This document shows positions 36,832-46,520 of a DNA stretch of 64,000 bases, one piece after another. Below the pieces are notes generated by a model. It did not search any database. It was not told the origin of the DNA and saw only the letters and a program-made list of their open reading frames with translations. Source of the DNA: a virus. Taxonomy: Duplodnaviria > Caudoviricetes. The stretch is taken from the IMG/VR virus record IMGVR_UViG_3300021514_000002, positions 192,001 through 256,000 of that record. The stretch is one strand, 5' to 3'. Both the position numbers and the translations under genes were made by a program. The first letter of the stretch is position 1. The number at the start of each line of letters is the position of its first letter.

Positions 36832-38337
36832 TCAATAGTCAATCTTTCTTTTATTATGAGGGTATTTAGCTTCAGAATAATATCGTATGCGTTGTCTTAG
36901 ATGTTTTTTACTATATTTTAAATCTGAACATATATCGCTAATATTAACAAAATCCTTATCATGTGCTTTTCTTAGACCGCGACCAATCGCCTGTATTACA
37001 CGAATGAACGATTTACCAATGTCTACTAAGACAAGATTAAAGATCCTTTTAATGTTTAATCCTGTGCCTGCGATATTGACAGTAGCAATAACAACAAGAT
37101 TATCATTATCGTTAAAAGATTGGTATATTTCTTTTCTAACATCGTTGTGATCTTTACCATGTAGGAATACTGCTCCAGGTATTTCTTTAGCCAGTTTTTT
37201 ACCAAATGGAACCCCATTGACGAGACATAACACATTTCCCTTGTCCAACAAACTCTTAGACGCAATATGGTTTGCAATCCAACGTAAACGCGATTTTTCG
37301 GAATGCAGAAATGCTTTTTCAGCGGTAAAATCTGGAAAATATGAATCTTTAAATTTCGTATATGTTAACTTTGGTACATCTGGATCATCTTTCGTATCCT
37401 CTACAAATTGGGCATATTGTGCTGTTAGATTGACTTCCAATTGTACTATATCGATTTCTAAATTAGATAAATGTCCTTGAGCAATTAGTTCATGGGCAGG
37501 TATCGTATATTGTACGTCACCAACCGCGATTCTTATTGACATTGCATCGTTTTCATCTTCAGGCAATGTACCAGTACAACCAAATCTAATCGGAATATGT
37601 TTTCCATGATCAATTAATAATTCATTTAATACCGGACCACGTAAGCCCTGACATTCATCAACGATTATCATATCAAACTGGGATATAACAATAGGATTAT
37701 TTTTTAACGTCTGCCATGTCGATACTACATGGGTATGATTCAAGTCTTTAGAAGTACCACTATATTCGCCAACGTCTACGCCAAAAAATTCATACTCAGT
37801 TTTTGTTTGATCGGTTAATGTAGTATCAGGAACAACGATAATAGAACGATAATTCATCGCCCTTTCATATGACAGTGCCAATGCCGCACACATAGATGTT
37901 TTACCACCGCCTGTTCCCGCGATGCCAATTCCACCGCCGTTATTTATAAGGGCATTAACCATATCCACTTGATAATCCCTGACTTCCCATGGTTTATCTG
38001 TATCAGGATCGATAACATGAGAAAAGAAATCTTTAGTTATCAGAGGGATAGAAACAGGCATCGATTTACGATGATCTTCAAGTTCTAATTTATACCCAAG
38101 GTTAGCAACCTTGGGTATAATTTCACTAAGAAGATTAATAAATGTTTTGCCGCTTTTATGAAAATACCGAATTTTACCATCCCATGAACCTAATTGAAAT
38201 TTGGGATTGAAAAAATGACTAGCTGTAAAAATACCATACATTTCATAAAAATAAATAATATGATCAGGATGCATCCCTACAAATATACAGTTTACTTCAT
38301 CTAATAGTACTATTTTACATTTTTTATTTTTTATCAT
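36832..38337 (-). CDS. uvsW: UvsW-like SF2 helicase
   Basis: VRDYQ, AGTGGGKT, IIVDECQG, RFGCTGT, QAIGRGLR. Confidence 0.9.
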   Translation of the reverse strand: MIKNKKCKIVLLDEVNCIFVGMHPDHIIYFYEMYGIFTASHFFNPKFQLGSWDGKIRYFHKSGKTFINLLSEIIPKVANLGYKLELEDHRKSMPVSIPLITKDFFSHVIDPDTDKPWEVRDYQVDMVNALINNGGGIGIAGTGGGKTSMCAALALSYERAMNYRSIIVVPDTTLTDQTKTEYEFFGVDVGEYSGTSKDLNHTHVVSTWQTLKNNPIVISQFDMIIVDECQGLRGPVLNELLIDHGKHIPIRFGCTGTLPEDENDAMSIRIAVGDVQYTIPAHELIAQGHLSNLEIDIVQLEVNLTAQYAQFVEDTKDDPDVPKLTYTKFKDSYFPDFTAEKAFLHSEKSRLRWIANHIASKSLLDKGNVLCLVNGVPFGKKLAKEIPGAVFLHGKDHNDVRKEIYQSFNDNDNLVVIATVNIAGTGLNIKRIFNLVLVDIGKSFIRVIQAIGRGLRKAHDKDFVNISDICSDLKYSKKHLRQRIRYYSEAKYPHNKRKIDY

Positions 38338-38345
38338 TAGTTTTA

Positions 38346-38804
38346 TTAAATTTCTACAAATTCTAGCTGTGCGACTCTAATTTTAGTAATATTAGATAAC
38401 GCATAATTACGTGAAATAAATGCATTCACTGTACTTTGATATAATTCGTATCTTTCTTCGACTTCAAGCAACAACGAATGAACGTATATATACGCGTCTT
38501 CATTGTCAATATATTTGTTAATTTCGCGTTCACCTAACGCTCTTGAATAATTTTCTTTGTATGATTTAAACAGACTGCCGCGTACGCGTTCTTCTTCAGC
38601 CGCGAAAAATTTAACCAATGTATGTAATTCAATCTTGCGCTGATCATAATAATGCAACCATGCAGAATTCTCACTGTTCGCAATTTCTAATTTCTTACCT
38701 CTTATTTCCAATTGTTCACGTGCGTGTAGAAGATCGTTTTCATATACTTCTAATAACGCGGGTAAATTTTTATAATCCTTACCTACATCGGCTATTCTAC
38801 TCAT
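38346..38804 (-). CDS. uvsY: UvsY-like recombination mediator
   Basis: Helical protein next to uvsW; EINKYIDNE..AFISRNYALSNITKIR. Confidence 0.65.
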   Translation of the reverse strand: MSRIADVGKDYKNLPALLEVYENDLLHAREQLEIRGKKLEIANSENSAWLHYYDQRKIELHTLVKFFAAEEERVRGSLFKSYKENYSRALGEREINKYIDNEDAYIYVHSLLLEVEERYELYQSTVNAFISRNYALSNITKIRVAQLEFVEI

Positions 38805-39301
38805 TTAACTGCTGCCTTCATGTTGTAAAATTTTAACGATTGGAGTTGTTTATCTGATAACTGGGTTAAATCAAATTCCGTGGCAACAGGGTTGGAATTG
38901 TCTATTGTTTCCGAAAATTCCTCCATGCTTTTTTCTTCATGCATAGTATATAAAAAATCCATAATAGCATCTTCATCATTGGTGGTTGCCAGCTCGAGAG
39001 GAATATTCATATGCACTACCCGCTGAAAATATTCAAGATTTTCTTCTGTAATAGTAATCTCGTTGCCATCTGATTCAAATGTAGTACCTGGCGCATAATC
39101 TACCGAGCCCATGACAACTAGCAAGTCATCTACTATATTAGCGTCTTCCCACGTAAACGTGCCTGCACCACAGAGGGGATCGATATCTGATAGGAATGTT
39201 GTAACACAAACAAGTGTTGTGTTGATTAGTTTAAATATTTCTAATGTTTTTTCTTCGAAAGCAGAATTCCTTGCTTTTAACATTTTCTGTAAATCTTCCA
39301 T
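38801..39301 (-). CDS. Hypothetical acidic protein
   Basis: Overlaps uvsY start. Confidence 0.65.
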   Translation of the reverse strand: MEDLQKMLKARNSAFEEKTLEIFKLINTTLVCVTTFLSDIDPLCGAGTFTWEDANIVDDLLVVMGSVDYAPGTTFESDGNEITITEENLEYFQRVVHMNIPLELATTNDEDAIMDFLYTMHEEKSMEEFSETIDNSNPVATEFDLTQLSDKQLQSLKFYNMKAAVK

Positions 39302-39339
39302 TGTTAGTTACCTTATTATTATTATTATTTATGGTAATT

Positions 39340-40374
39340 TTATGAGTCACAATAGTTCCCTAGTTGTGTTATTGCTTCAAAACCTGTAGCTTTGTTTTCC
39401 ATAATACTTTTTAAAACATACATCTTACCATATTTTTTAACAGCATCGCTCATATCTTTACAATTTGATCCAATATCTGGTGTAGATATACTCCATCCGA
39501 ATTCAAGTGCTTGTTCTGCTGGTCTTTTACCATCACCAAACTTATCTGGAATATATATTTTTTCGCGGGACGAACGATTTAACCATTGTTCTTGATATGG
39601 TGTTATAACATTACCCAATGTAGCCACCCCATCAATCGCATATCCATCAAACCATCCTTCAGTTATTAATAGCGGCGATTCAACATGTTCAAACAATCTA
39701 TCGAACCCATATAATACGCGTTCTTTTGGTGAAGCGGGGGTTTCGTACTTTTTGGCGGCATCGTATAATGCTCGACCAACATAATATATTAACTTATTAT
39801 TTTTATATATTGGCATAATAACACGTCCAAGCCATTTATGCAACTTAGGATTTTCGGCCTTAGTGGATAGCATAAAGGGATAACTATCAGGATCAACGCC
39901 GCGCTCATCACGAAGATATTCGCGGGCTGCATCTGCAACATAATCATCTGGTTTGGCATCTTTTAATAGATAAAATATTTCAGGCAATTTTAATTCTTTT
40001 GGTTCAATGTTAGTAAACTTGGAAGTTTTATTGTTGGACTTTCTTGCGCCGTTAATGTAGGCATGGCTTGTTAAAATAACCTGTTGCCATTCATCCGCAG
40101 GAATGCCAAAAGATTCCAAAGTTTTGATCATTTTCTTTGGCATATATTCATGTTCATATGAATCATACACGGATGTATGGCCACAATTCCAACATTTGTA
40201 TACTACTTTATCGTTATCGAATAAAAATGCACCACGTAACCCTTTAAGAGTGTGATCGTTACAAACAAGACATCTAACTGCGTGCCAGCCTTTGTGATTT
40301 GGTGTTTGAAGTTGAACGTATTGTCTTATTATTTGTTCAAGTGTTGGTAAATCCATTTCAACAGCATAACACAA
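39340..40374 (-). CDS. DNA primase (gp61-like)
   Basis: Zn finger RCLVCND..YKCWNCG; RVIMPI, YVGRAL; Toprim ITEGWFDG. Confidence 0.88.
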   Translation of the reverse strand: MCYAVEMDLPTLEQIIRQYVQLQTPNHKGWHAVRCLVCNDHTLKGLRGAFLFDNDKVVYKCWNCGHTSVYDSYEHEYMPKKMIKTLESFGIPADEWQQVILTSHAYINGARKSNNKTSKFTNIEPKELKLPEIFYLLKDAKPDDYVADAAREYLRDERGVDPDSYPFMLSTKAENPKLHKWLGRVIMPIYKNNKLIYYVGRALYDAAKKYETPASPKERVLYGFDRLFEHVESPLLITEGWFDGYAIDGVATLGNVITPYQEQWLNRSSREKIYIPDKFGDGKRPAEQALEFGWSISTPDIGSNCKDMSDAVKKYGKMYVLKSIMENKATGFEAITQLGNYCDS

Positions 40375-40392
40375 GTACGATATTTTAGCAAC

Positions 40393-40989
40393 TTACTTTC
40401 GTTGTTTTCCCTTATGCGCTTTCGTCATCATTTTAACCATTTTATTTAGGCGCTTACGAATATCGTCTGCTTGTAACCATAAATCTTCACCCTTTAAAAT
40501 ATCTACAAGCTCAGCTTCTGTTATGAATGGGATATAATAATCGCGCGTTAAGGTATTGAACCATTTAATAGTTGCTTCAAGTTGCTGTACTTGCTCATTT
40601 CCCTTGCCATATATTCCACCACTAAAATTATGAATCATCATAGTGCTATGGTCATGTATAAGAAATTCATCAGCCGCTAAAAATATTAGTGAACCAAGCG
40701 AATAGGCTTCACCTTCTAAGCTACAGACAATGTGCGCTTCTGAGTATTTCATAGCATTGATAAGTTGGATACCTGTGGATAAATCGCCACCTTGTGTATT
40801 TAGATGAATAATTACGGTTTCATCTGAACTGGCAAGGCGAATTTTGTGTATCATGTCAACATACAAGGCGGGAATATCAATATAACCACTTAAATAATAA
40901 TGCTGAATCTTTGAAACTAACGTCTGTTCATAATATTCATATGCTTTTATTTCACTTTCTACTTCTTCTTCCGCGATTTCTGCTTTCAT
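40393..40989 (-). CDS. ClpP-like protease
   Basis: IHLNTQGGD, GEAYSLGSLIFLAAD (catalytic Ser), MMIHN (His); exact TATAAATA at 41023. Confidence 0.85.
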   Translation of the reverse strand: MKAEIAEEEVESEIKAYEYYEQTLVSKIQHYYLSGYIDIPALYVDMIHKIRLASSDETVIIHLNTQGGDLSTGIQLINAMKYSEAHIVCSLEGEAYSLGSLIFLAADEFLIHDHSTMMIHNFSGGIYGKGNEQVQQLEATIKWFNTLTRDYYIPFITEAELVDILKGEDLWLQADDIRKRLNKMVKMMTKAHKGKQRK

Positions 40990-41140
40990 ATATCGACCCG
41001 TGTTAAATTAGTATAATAAATGTATTTATACACTAGCGAGTAAGGGGTTTAATGCTTTTTTAGGTTATTTTTTAAATAAATTATGGTAAATAGTTAGGCT
41101 GCTAATGCAATATACATATATACATCAGAGGGAATTAACT

Positions 41141-41890
41141 ATGGAAAAGTATTATGGCTATGTCTATATCTGGAGAGATTCTAAATGCAATATGTATTGC
41201 ATTGGATCGCATTATGGAACCATTGAAGACAGTTACATTACATCTACGGGGTGGATGGTAGCCGCTTATAAGAAACGACCAAACGATTTTAAAATGCGAG
41301 TTTTAGAATATTTAAACGAGGACGATAAATCGCTTTTATTGGATATTGAACAAAAATACTTAGATATGATAAAGCCAGATGAATTAGGGAAGCGTTACTA
41401 TAATCTTAAAAAATATGCATCAGGCGGCGGAAGGATAATTGGTCAAAAAAATAAACAAGACCATTTAGCGGGTGGTTGGAATAGAGGTTTAGATAAAGAA
41501 ATGATGCAGTTGCGTAAAACTGGCAAATTTTGCATTTTAATAGATAATCCAAAAAGGAAAGCACCAGTAAGGCGAAAGAGTGGATGGCAACATACAGAAG
41601 AAACTAAGCAAAAAATATCGAAGGGGCTTAAAGGAAAGCGAGCGTGGAATAAGGGAATATCACTGACTGATATACAGCGGGCTGCATTGTCTGCTTCATT
41701 AAAAGGCAGAACAGCATGGAATAAGGGCAAATCTAGTTCCGTATCTGCGGATAATGGTAAAAGTGGTGCAAAGAAAATGAGTAAAACCGCACAGGGAAGA
41801 AAACGGCATTATAAAGAGGATGGTAGCTGGACATGGATTTATAATGTTAACGGCGAGTGGAGATTAACCCCACCCACCAATAACGATTAA
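41141..41890 (+). mobile_element. Seg-like GIY-YIG homing endonuclease with NUMOD3 motifs
   Basis: YGYVYIWRD..YCIGSH..DSYITS; HTEETKQKISKG and AWNKG repeats. Confidence 0.85.
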
Positions 41891-42185
41891 CTATTCTGTT
41901 GCCAGGTCGTCAAACCCCGAATCGATCACGCCGCGAGGCGAGTTTCTTCAAAAAAAGCGTCATTAGCTGCTTTTAATTTAATTTATGCCATTTACGATGG
42001 TCATCTGTCGTATCATCCACTAGCCGTTCTTAACCACGTCGAATCCATTTCATCCCCGTTGTACGTCGGCTGAGCCTTTTACAGCGTCGTAAGGCTGGAA
42101 GCCGTTCCAGTCCCCTTACCAGTTGTTCGGTGGAGATGTGGGCGTCGAAGCCCAGTCCGCAATTCTTACTAAATTCGCTTCATAT
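41885..42185 (-). ncRNA. ssrA: Circularly permuted (two-piece) tmRNA
   Basis: Acceptor piece ..GGAC TGGGC TTCGAC GCCCA CATCTCC A CCG (3' end 42128) lies upstream of the coding piece GGGGATGAAATGGATTCGAC (5' end 42057). 7-bp acceptor stem with G3:U70 and A73. Tag ORF 41926-41970 encodes (A)ANDAFFEETRLAA. Outer ends approximate. Confidence 0.88.
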
Positions 42186-42195
42186 GATAGTATTC

Positions 42196-42717
42196 TTATT
42201 TATCATCCTTCGTATTATCTTTTGCCCAATCTAAATTAAGGTCTTCGGCATATTCTTCCACGATTTCAATAGGTTCTTCAAATTTAGGAAGATCTTTACA
42301 TTGTAAACTACCAACATCATAAGAAAGTGTTACATGTGGCTTATAGTCAGGAAAATCGTATGTTGCCTCGTGCTCTTTCATTAATTCCTTATGTCTTTTT
42401 GATAAAGCAGTGCAAGTATACTTCAAAACCAAACACATTGCAACCTTTCCATCATCATCAGGTTGCGACGGCCATTTTTCGAAGCCCGATGGTGTACCTT
42501 CTAATATATCATCATACTTACCTTTGGCCTTATAGTCTGGTAAATATTTTCTACTGTATAATAAAGTGGTATGCATTTTTTCGGGTTCTATGGGATTTGG
42601 TATATCATTATCTTTAATAAACTTTTTAATCGCATTGATAGTTTTGTTACTTAGTCTTACTCCAGCATAAGTTCCTTTTTGTATTTTTTCTTCAATAATC
42701 TCGGTCAATTTCATCAC
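42196..42717 (-). CDS. 2H phosphoesterase, Acb1 / T4 gp57B-like
   Basis: Two HxT motifs (MHTTLLYS, PHVTLSY), GTYAG N-terminal motif; leader MKLTEIIEE. Confidence 0.8.
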   Translation of the reverse strand: MMKLTEIIEEKIQKGTYAGVRLSNKTINAIKKFIKDNDIPNPIEPEKMHTTLLYSRKYLPDYKAKGKYDDILEGTPSGFEKWPSQPDDDGKVAMCLVLKYTCTALSKRHKELMKEHEATYDFPDYKPHVTLSYDVGSLQCKDLPKFEEPIEIVEEYAEDLNLDWAKDNTKDDK

Positions 42718-42919
42718 TCTTTTCTTCTATTTTTATTATAGTGTTATTTACCCAATCATGGGCAGCTTGCCAACAATTACATTTTATTTTATGTATTTCA
42801 GTTGGTGTAGTTACTGTGGCATTAAATTCAATACCGTGTCTTGCGTCATATCCAGAATCTTGTGGAAATATCAAAAATCGTGCAAATTTGACACTTCCAA
42901 CACTTACCAGTTTTGTCAA
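42692..42919 (-). CDS. Hypothetical protein (TTG start)
   Basis: In frame with DHFR, two codons after its TAG. Confidence 0.4.
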   Translation of the reverse strand: MTKLVSVGSVKFARFLIFPQDSGYDARHGIEFNATVTTPTEIHKIKCNCWQAAHDWVNNTIIKIEEKSDEIDRDY

Positions 42920-42925
42920 TATATT

Positions 42926-43528
42926 CTACCTTTTCTTATAAGTTACAAAATATAATTTTTCAGTTTCTTCGCCATTTACTATCCTATACTCTTTATTTAG
43001 TATTTCTATAGGAAATTTCTTATCACATTGATATCTTTCATTTTTTATGATAGTTAAATATATTGTGGTTGTCCATGATAACGCCTCAATGAACATTCTG
43101 TGGCCACCAACCACAAAAATCTCACGATTATCTTGTTCATCTAGTTGCTGGATTGCTCCCCGAATGGTTTGTACGGCAGTTGCACCTACTGGCGTATATT
43201 CAGCATCGCTTGTTACAACAAACGATTGCCTACCATGTAGGATTGCATCTGGTGGTATCGCAGATTGTTTTATATTTACTGTATTCTCAATAGTTTCTAC
43301 CTCTTCGTCGACATCAATAATTTTTGGCTTCTTCCTATCCATAAACATGGCGTGCATATCTTCGTATGTCTTTCTCCCCATAATACAAACACCACCAGAC
43401 GTAACTTCTTTGAAATGTCGTAGATCTTCGGGGATATCCCATGGGATTTTTCCATCTTTGCCAAAACCACCATCCTCGTCGACTGCGACTACAATTGATA
43501 AAGATGGTATTATTGTTTTATTATTCAT
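42926..43528 (-). CDS. folA: Dihydrofolate reductase
   Basis: IVVAVDEDGGFGKDGKIPWDIPEDLRHFKEVT, IMGRKTY, FVVGG; internal insertion; ends in TAG. Confidence 0.92.
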   Translation of the reverse strand: MNNKTIIPSLSIVVAVDEDGGFGKDGKIPWDIPEDLRHFKEVTSGGVCIMGRKTYEDMHAMFMDRKKPKIIDVDEEVETIENTVNIKQSAIPPDAILHGRQSFVVTSDAEYTPVGATAVQTIRGAIQQLDEQDNREIFVVGGHRMFIEALSWTTTIYLTIIKNERYQCDKKFPIEILNKEYRIVNGEETEKLYFVTYKKR

Positions 43529-44045
43529 ATTTTTGTGCCCGCATTGCTTCTTCTATTCTCTTGTGATTTTGGAAATACTTTTCTGATGTTAAATCCACTA
43601 TAATTCTAGCATACCTCATGGCACGCGTATTCACACGATCTGCTGTTGTAAAGTAAAAATTAACTGCGGGGATGGCTGTCGGTTTTTTAAAGAATGCAAC
43701 CAGTTTACCTATAATGGACGTAGGGGAAGGGGGTAATGGAAACTCTGCATTAAATGTCAACGTGGATGGGGAATATTGGCAATAAGCGCCACTATCCAGA
43801 ATCCAATGGTGGAACGTATGATAAATGTCACGTACATGGTTTTGATTTTCCCCAATAAAAAGATATTTATTGCCACCGTGGTGTGGTTGTAAATAGGAAA
43901 GCAACGTCACCATTTTTTCTATGGTTTTACCACAACCACGCCCGTATAACTTTTCGTCACGGACAAGCTTAACGCGTGCTGGATCTACTTCGTATAGAGG
44001 TATCATCCTGTAATCGTGTAGCGTAGCACTGTAACGTTGTAACAA
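43521..44045 (-). CDS. Hypothetical protein
   Basis: Contains a YGRGCGKT P-loop-like segment; overlaps neighbours. Confidence 0.55.
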   Translation of the reverse strand: MLQRYSATLHDYRMIPLYEVDPARVKLVRDEKLYGRGCGKTIEKMVTLLSYLQPHHGGNKYLFIGENQNHVRDIYHTFHHWILDSGAYCQYSPSTLTFNAEFPLPPSPTSIIGKLVAFFKKPTAIPAVNFYFTTADRVNTRAMRYARIIVDLTSEKYFQNHKRIEEAMRAQKYE

Positions 44046-44323
44046 TTACGTTGACGATAATATACGTCAAGATGTGTTATTTTTTTGTTAATATCAGATT
44101 GTTTATTATTTCTAGTATCACAAATTATATTCCATTGCTCTATTTTATTTTCATTAACCATATATTCCATGTGGTCATCAAGAATTCCCAATACAACAAT
44201 GCGGTGCGGATCACTATCCCATATGACATTAAAATCTACAATCAACACTTCAATAAAACTGGATATGTTATTACATAATTGTTTGCTATTGACATGTTGT
44301 GTTTTTAAAATAAAATCGGTCAT
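44003..44323 (-). CDS. Small protein resembling the tail-sheath C-terminal domain (paralog A)
   Basis: IEQWNIICDTRNN..LDVYYRQRNCYNVTVLRYTI. Confidence 0.55.
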   Translation of the reverse strand: MTDFILKTQHVNSKQLCNNISSFIEVLIVDFNVIWDSDPHRIVVLGILDDHMEYMVNENKIEQWNIICDTRNNKQSDINKKITHLDVYYRQRNCYNVTVLRYTITG

Positions 44324-44328
44324 TGCAA

Positions 44329-44649
44329 TTACTTCTGTATAGTATAAGATAAGTGCGTTGTATTAAAACAATTTTTATGTTTATAGTAAATGTCAATAAT
44401 GAATTTATTTTTTTTAAGTTCTGAAAATTTATTATTTCTCGAATCGGCAACTACATTTAATTGTTCAAGTTTATTACTTTCCGCTTCGTCTTCCAACATC
44501 ATTTCAATTAAATTAATCGCAGAGTTCATATCTATCGATAAATCAAATAACATTACCACCGCACGCATATGTTCATCAATGCTTTCAAAAATTGATTTAC
44601 TATGTACGTTTTTAGTTGTTGATGTAATTTTCACGTTATAAGGTTCCAT
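44329..44649 (-). CDS. Small protein resembling the tail-sheath C-terminal domain (paralog B)
   Basis: LEQLNVVADSRNN..IDIYYKHKNCFNTTHLSYTI; TATAAATA at 44664. Confidence 0.55.
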   Translation of the reverse strand: MEPYNVKITSTTKNVHSKSIFESIDEHMRAVVMLFDLSIDMNSAINLIEMMLEDEAESNKLEQLNVVADSRNNKFSELKKNKFIIDIYYKHKNCFNTTHLSYTIQK

Positions 44650-44666
44650 TAAAAATATACCTATAT

Positions 44667-45518
44667 TTATACACTAAATGCATACTTAATTGCAGGGTGG
44701 TGTTCATACCCCTCAAGTTCAAAATCTTCTAATGTTACCCATGTTTCCAAGTCTTCAAGACTTTTAATATCTGGATTAATTTTCAGAGTCGGCAATGCCA
44801 GTGGTTCTCTATTAAGTTGAACTTCTGTTAATAATTCAAGTTGGTCTTCGTAAATGTGAGCATTTACAATTTTATGAAATGCCTTTGCAGGTTTAAGTCC
44901 TGTAATCTGTGCCATAATAATAAGCAACCATGCGACTTGCACTTGGTTGAAACCGTGTCCTAACGGAATATCATCACTACGCTGATAACTGGTAAGATAT
45001 AAGTTACCGTCTAAGATACTAAAAGTGTGCGTATGCATACAAGCTGCAAGACATGCCCTGTTTATTTCGGCAGGATTCCAAAATGTCAAAATTTCACGCC
45101 GATCATCATAGCCTTTACTTAGGTTATTTACAATCTTTTTAAGTTGGTCAAATGGCTTGCCGCGGCGATCCATAAACCTACGGCCTTGGGCACCATAGCA
45201 GTCGCCCATGTCATCTTCGCCCTTTCGGTAAGGATTATTAAGCCATGCTTCATTGTCGTTAGCGTTAGCGTTCCATGTATTACAACCAAGAGCGCGAAAT
45301 TGTGCTGCGTTGGTATACCCACGCAGATAACCTAACATTTCTGCGATTGCTGGTTTCCAAAATAATTTTTTGGTTGTTAAAACAGGTAATTTTCCTTCAC
45401 TAACATCGTAAGTGAAGTTTGCATCAATGACAGTTAAACAACGCTTGCCCGTGCGTTTATTTGTTACCCATTGACCTTCATTTATTATTCTATTGCATAG
45501 GTTAAGATATTCTTTCAT
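44667..45518 (-). CDS. thyA: Thymidylate synthase
   Basis: [48 protein letters not shown]. Confidence 0.96.
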   Translation of the reverse strand: MKEYLNLCNRIINEGQWVTNKRTGKRCLTVIDANFTYDVSEGKLPVLTTKKLFWKPAIAEMLGYLRGYTNAAQFRALGCNTWNANANDNEAWLNNPYRKGEDDMGDCYGAQGRRFMDRRGKPFDQLKKIVNNLSKGYDDRREILTFWNPAEINRACLAACMHTHTFSILDGNLYLTSYQRSDDIPLGHGFNQVQVAWLLIIMAQITGLKPAKAFHKIVNAHIYEDQLELLTEVQLNREPLALPTLKINPDIKSLEDLETWVTLEDFELEGYEHHPAIKYAFSV

Positions 45519-45524
45519 TTATTA

Positions 45525-45719
45525 TTATTCTTCTATTTCATATAAATCTGTTAGGCGAACCCATTTCTTCCATGAACCATGTTCCGCATTGGCAGGTTTT
45601 ACTTCGTGCCGTTCATCTATTCTATTATTTTTTAATTCGCGCTTAGCAGTTCTTCCCGTAAAAACAACTTCAATATCATCCAATAGGTATGTCTTTGTCT
45701 GCTCTGATGAGTTTGGCAT
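45525..45719 (-). CDS. Hypothetical protein
   Basis: Co-oriented ORF. Confidence 0.55.
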   Translation of the reverse strand: MPNSSEQTKTYLLDDIEVVFTGRTAKRELKNNRIDERHEVKPANAEHGSWKKWVRLTDLYEIEE

Positions 45720-46032
45720 ATTTCATCCCCTTTTTCTGTACTGCTGCAAACAATTCATCTGTTAGTTCGCGTGGTGTTTTATCGGGATTATGCATGGCCA
45801 ACGTACCTATTAACACATTTATAATATCCGCTGCTTCTTCGGCAGGCGTATCTTTCCATTCTTTATCTTTGTGGCGAAGGTATCCCATTTCATGAAGCAT
45901 TATTTCGCTAAACTCACCAACTTCTTCTGCCAATTTAATCGTCAATGCTTGTGGCGGCATGGTTTCATATGCGTGCGTCATTTCAAATAAATCACCAATT
46001 AACTTATTCCAATCTTGTGTTGTATCAGTCAT
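45676..46032 (-). CDS. MazG-like NTP pyrophosphohydrolase
   Basis: KLAEEVGEFSE..EEAADII. Confidence 0.8.
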   Translation of the reverse strand: MTDTTQDWNKLIGDLFEMTHAYETMPPQALTIKLAEEVGEFSEIMLHEMGYLRHKDKEWKDTPAEEAADIINVLIGTLAMHNPDKTPRELTDELFAAVQKKGMKYAKLIRADKDIPIG

Positions 46033-46237
46033 CGTCTTTTTCTCCGTCACCATTTCTATATATTTCAAGCATATTTTCAAGCTTGTACAGTAAGTCTATC
46101 TGTTCTTCATCGTAACACCCAATATGTAAATCGTCGGCGTTATTAGTTAGAAAAAATATCGCTTTTTCAAGATTATATAGATGCCATTCAAGTTCACGAA
46201 AACCTTTTTCTGTAAATACTTCTTTAGGATTCCGCAT
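46025..46237 (-). CDS. Hypothetical protein
   Basis: Probable start at MRNPKE. Confidence 0.5.
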   Translation of the reverse strand: MRNPKEVFTEKGFRELEWHLYNLEKAIFFLTNNADDLHIGCYDEEQIDLLYKLENMLEIYRNGDGEKDDD

Positions 46238-46520
46238 CTTCGTTTCCTCTGAAATTGCGTAACGCCACGCTAATATCATGCCACCAATCTGCTTCAATTT
46301 GAAACTCTAAAGAAATTCCATCTTCATATGTGGTGCCTGGTTCTTCGCCATATTCGCTATCAATTTCCGCGCAGAATCTTGATTTGTAATATCTGTCTAA
46401 CTTTTCACAGGCTTCCATTAATTCGGTAATGTTTGCTTTTTCAGGTGCGTTCTTCAAATCTTCTTCAACAGTCGATAATAGTCGCTTAGCTTGTTCAATG
46501 TTCCATAATACGGTAGTCAT
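46224..46520 (-). CDS. Hypothetical protein
   Basis: Overlaps the Thg1 stop. Confidence 0.55.
   Translation of the reverse strand: MTTVLWNIEQAKRLLSTVEEDLKNAPEKANITELMEACEKLDRYYKSRFCAEIDSEYGEEPGTTYEDGISLEFQIEADWWHDISVALRNFRGNEDAES

Noticed and set aside
42058-42127. Intron or mobile insertion splitting a tRNA
   Set aside because: The 3' half precedes the 5' half and a tag ORF follows, which is the permuted tmRNA layout, not an intron.
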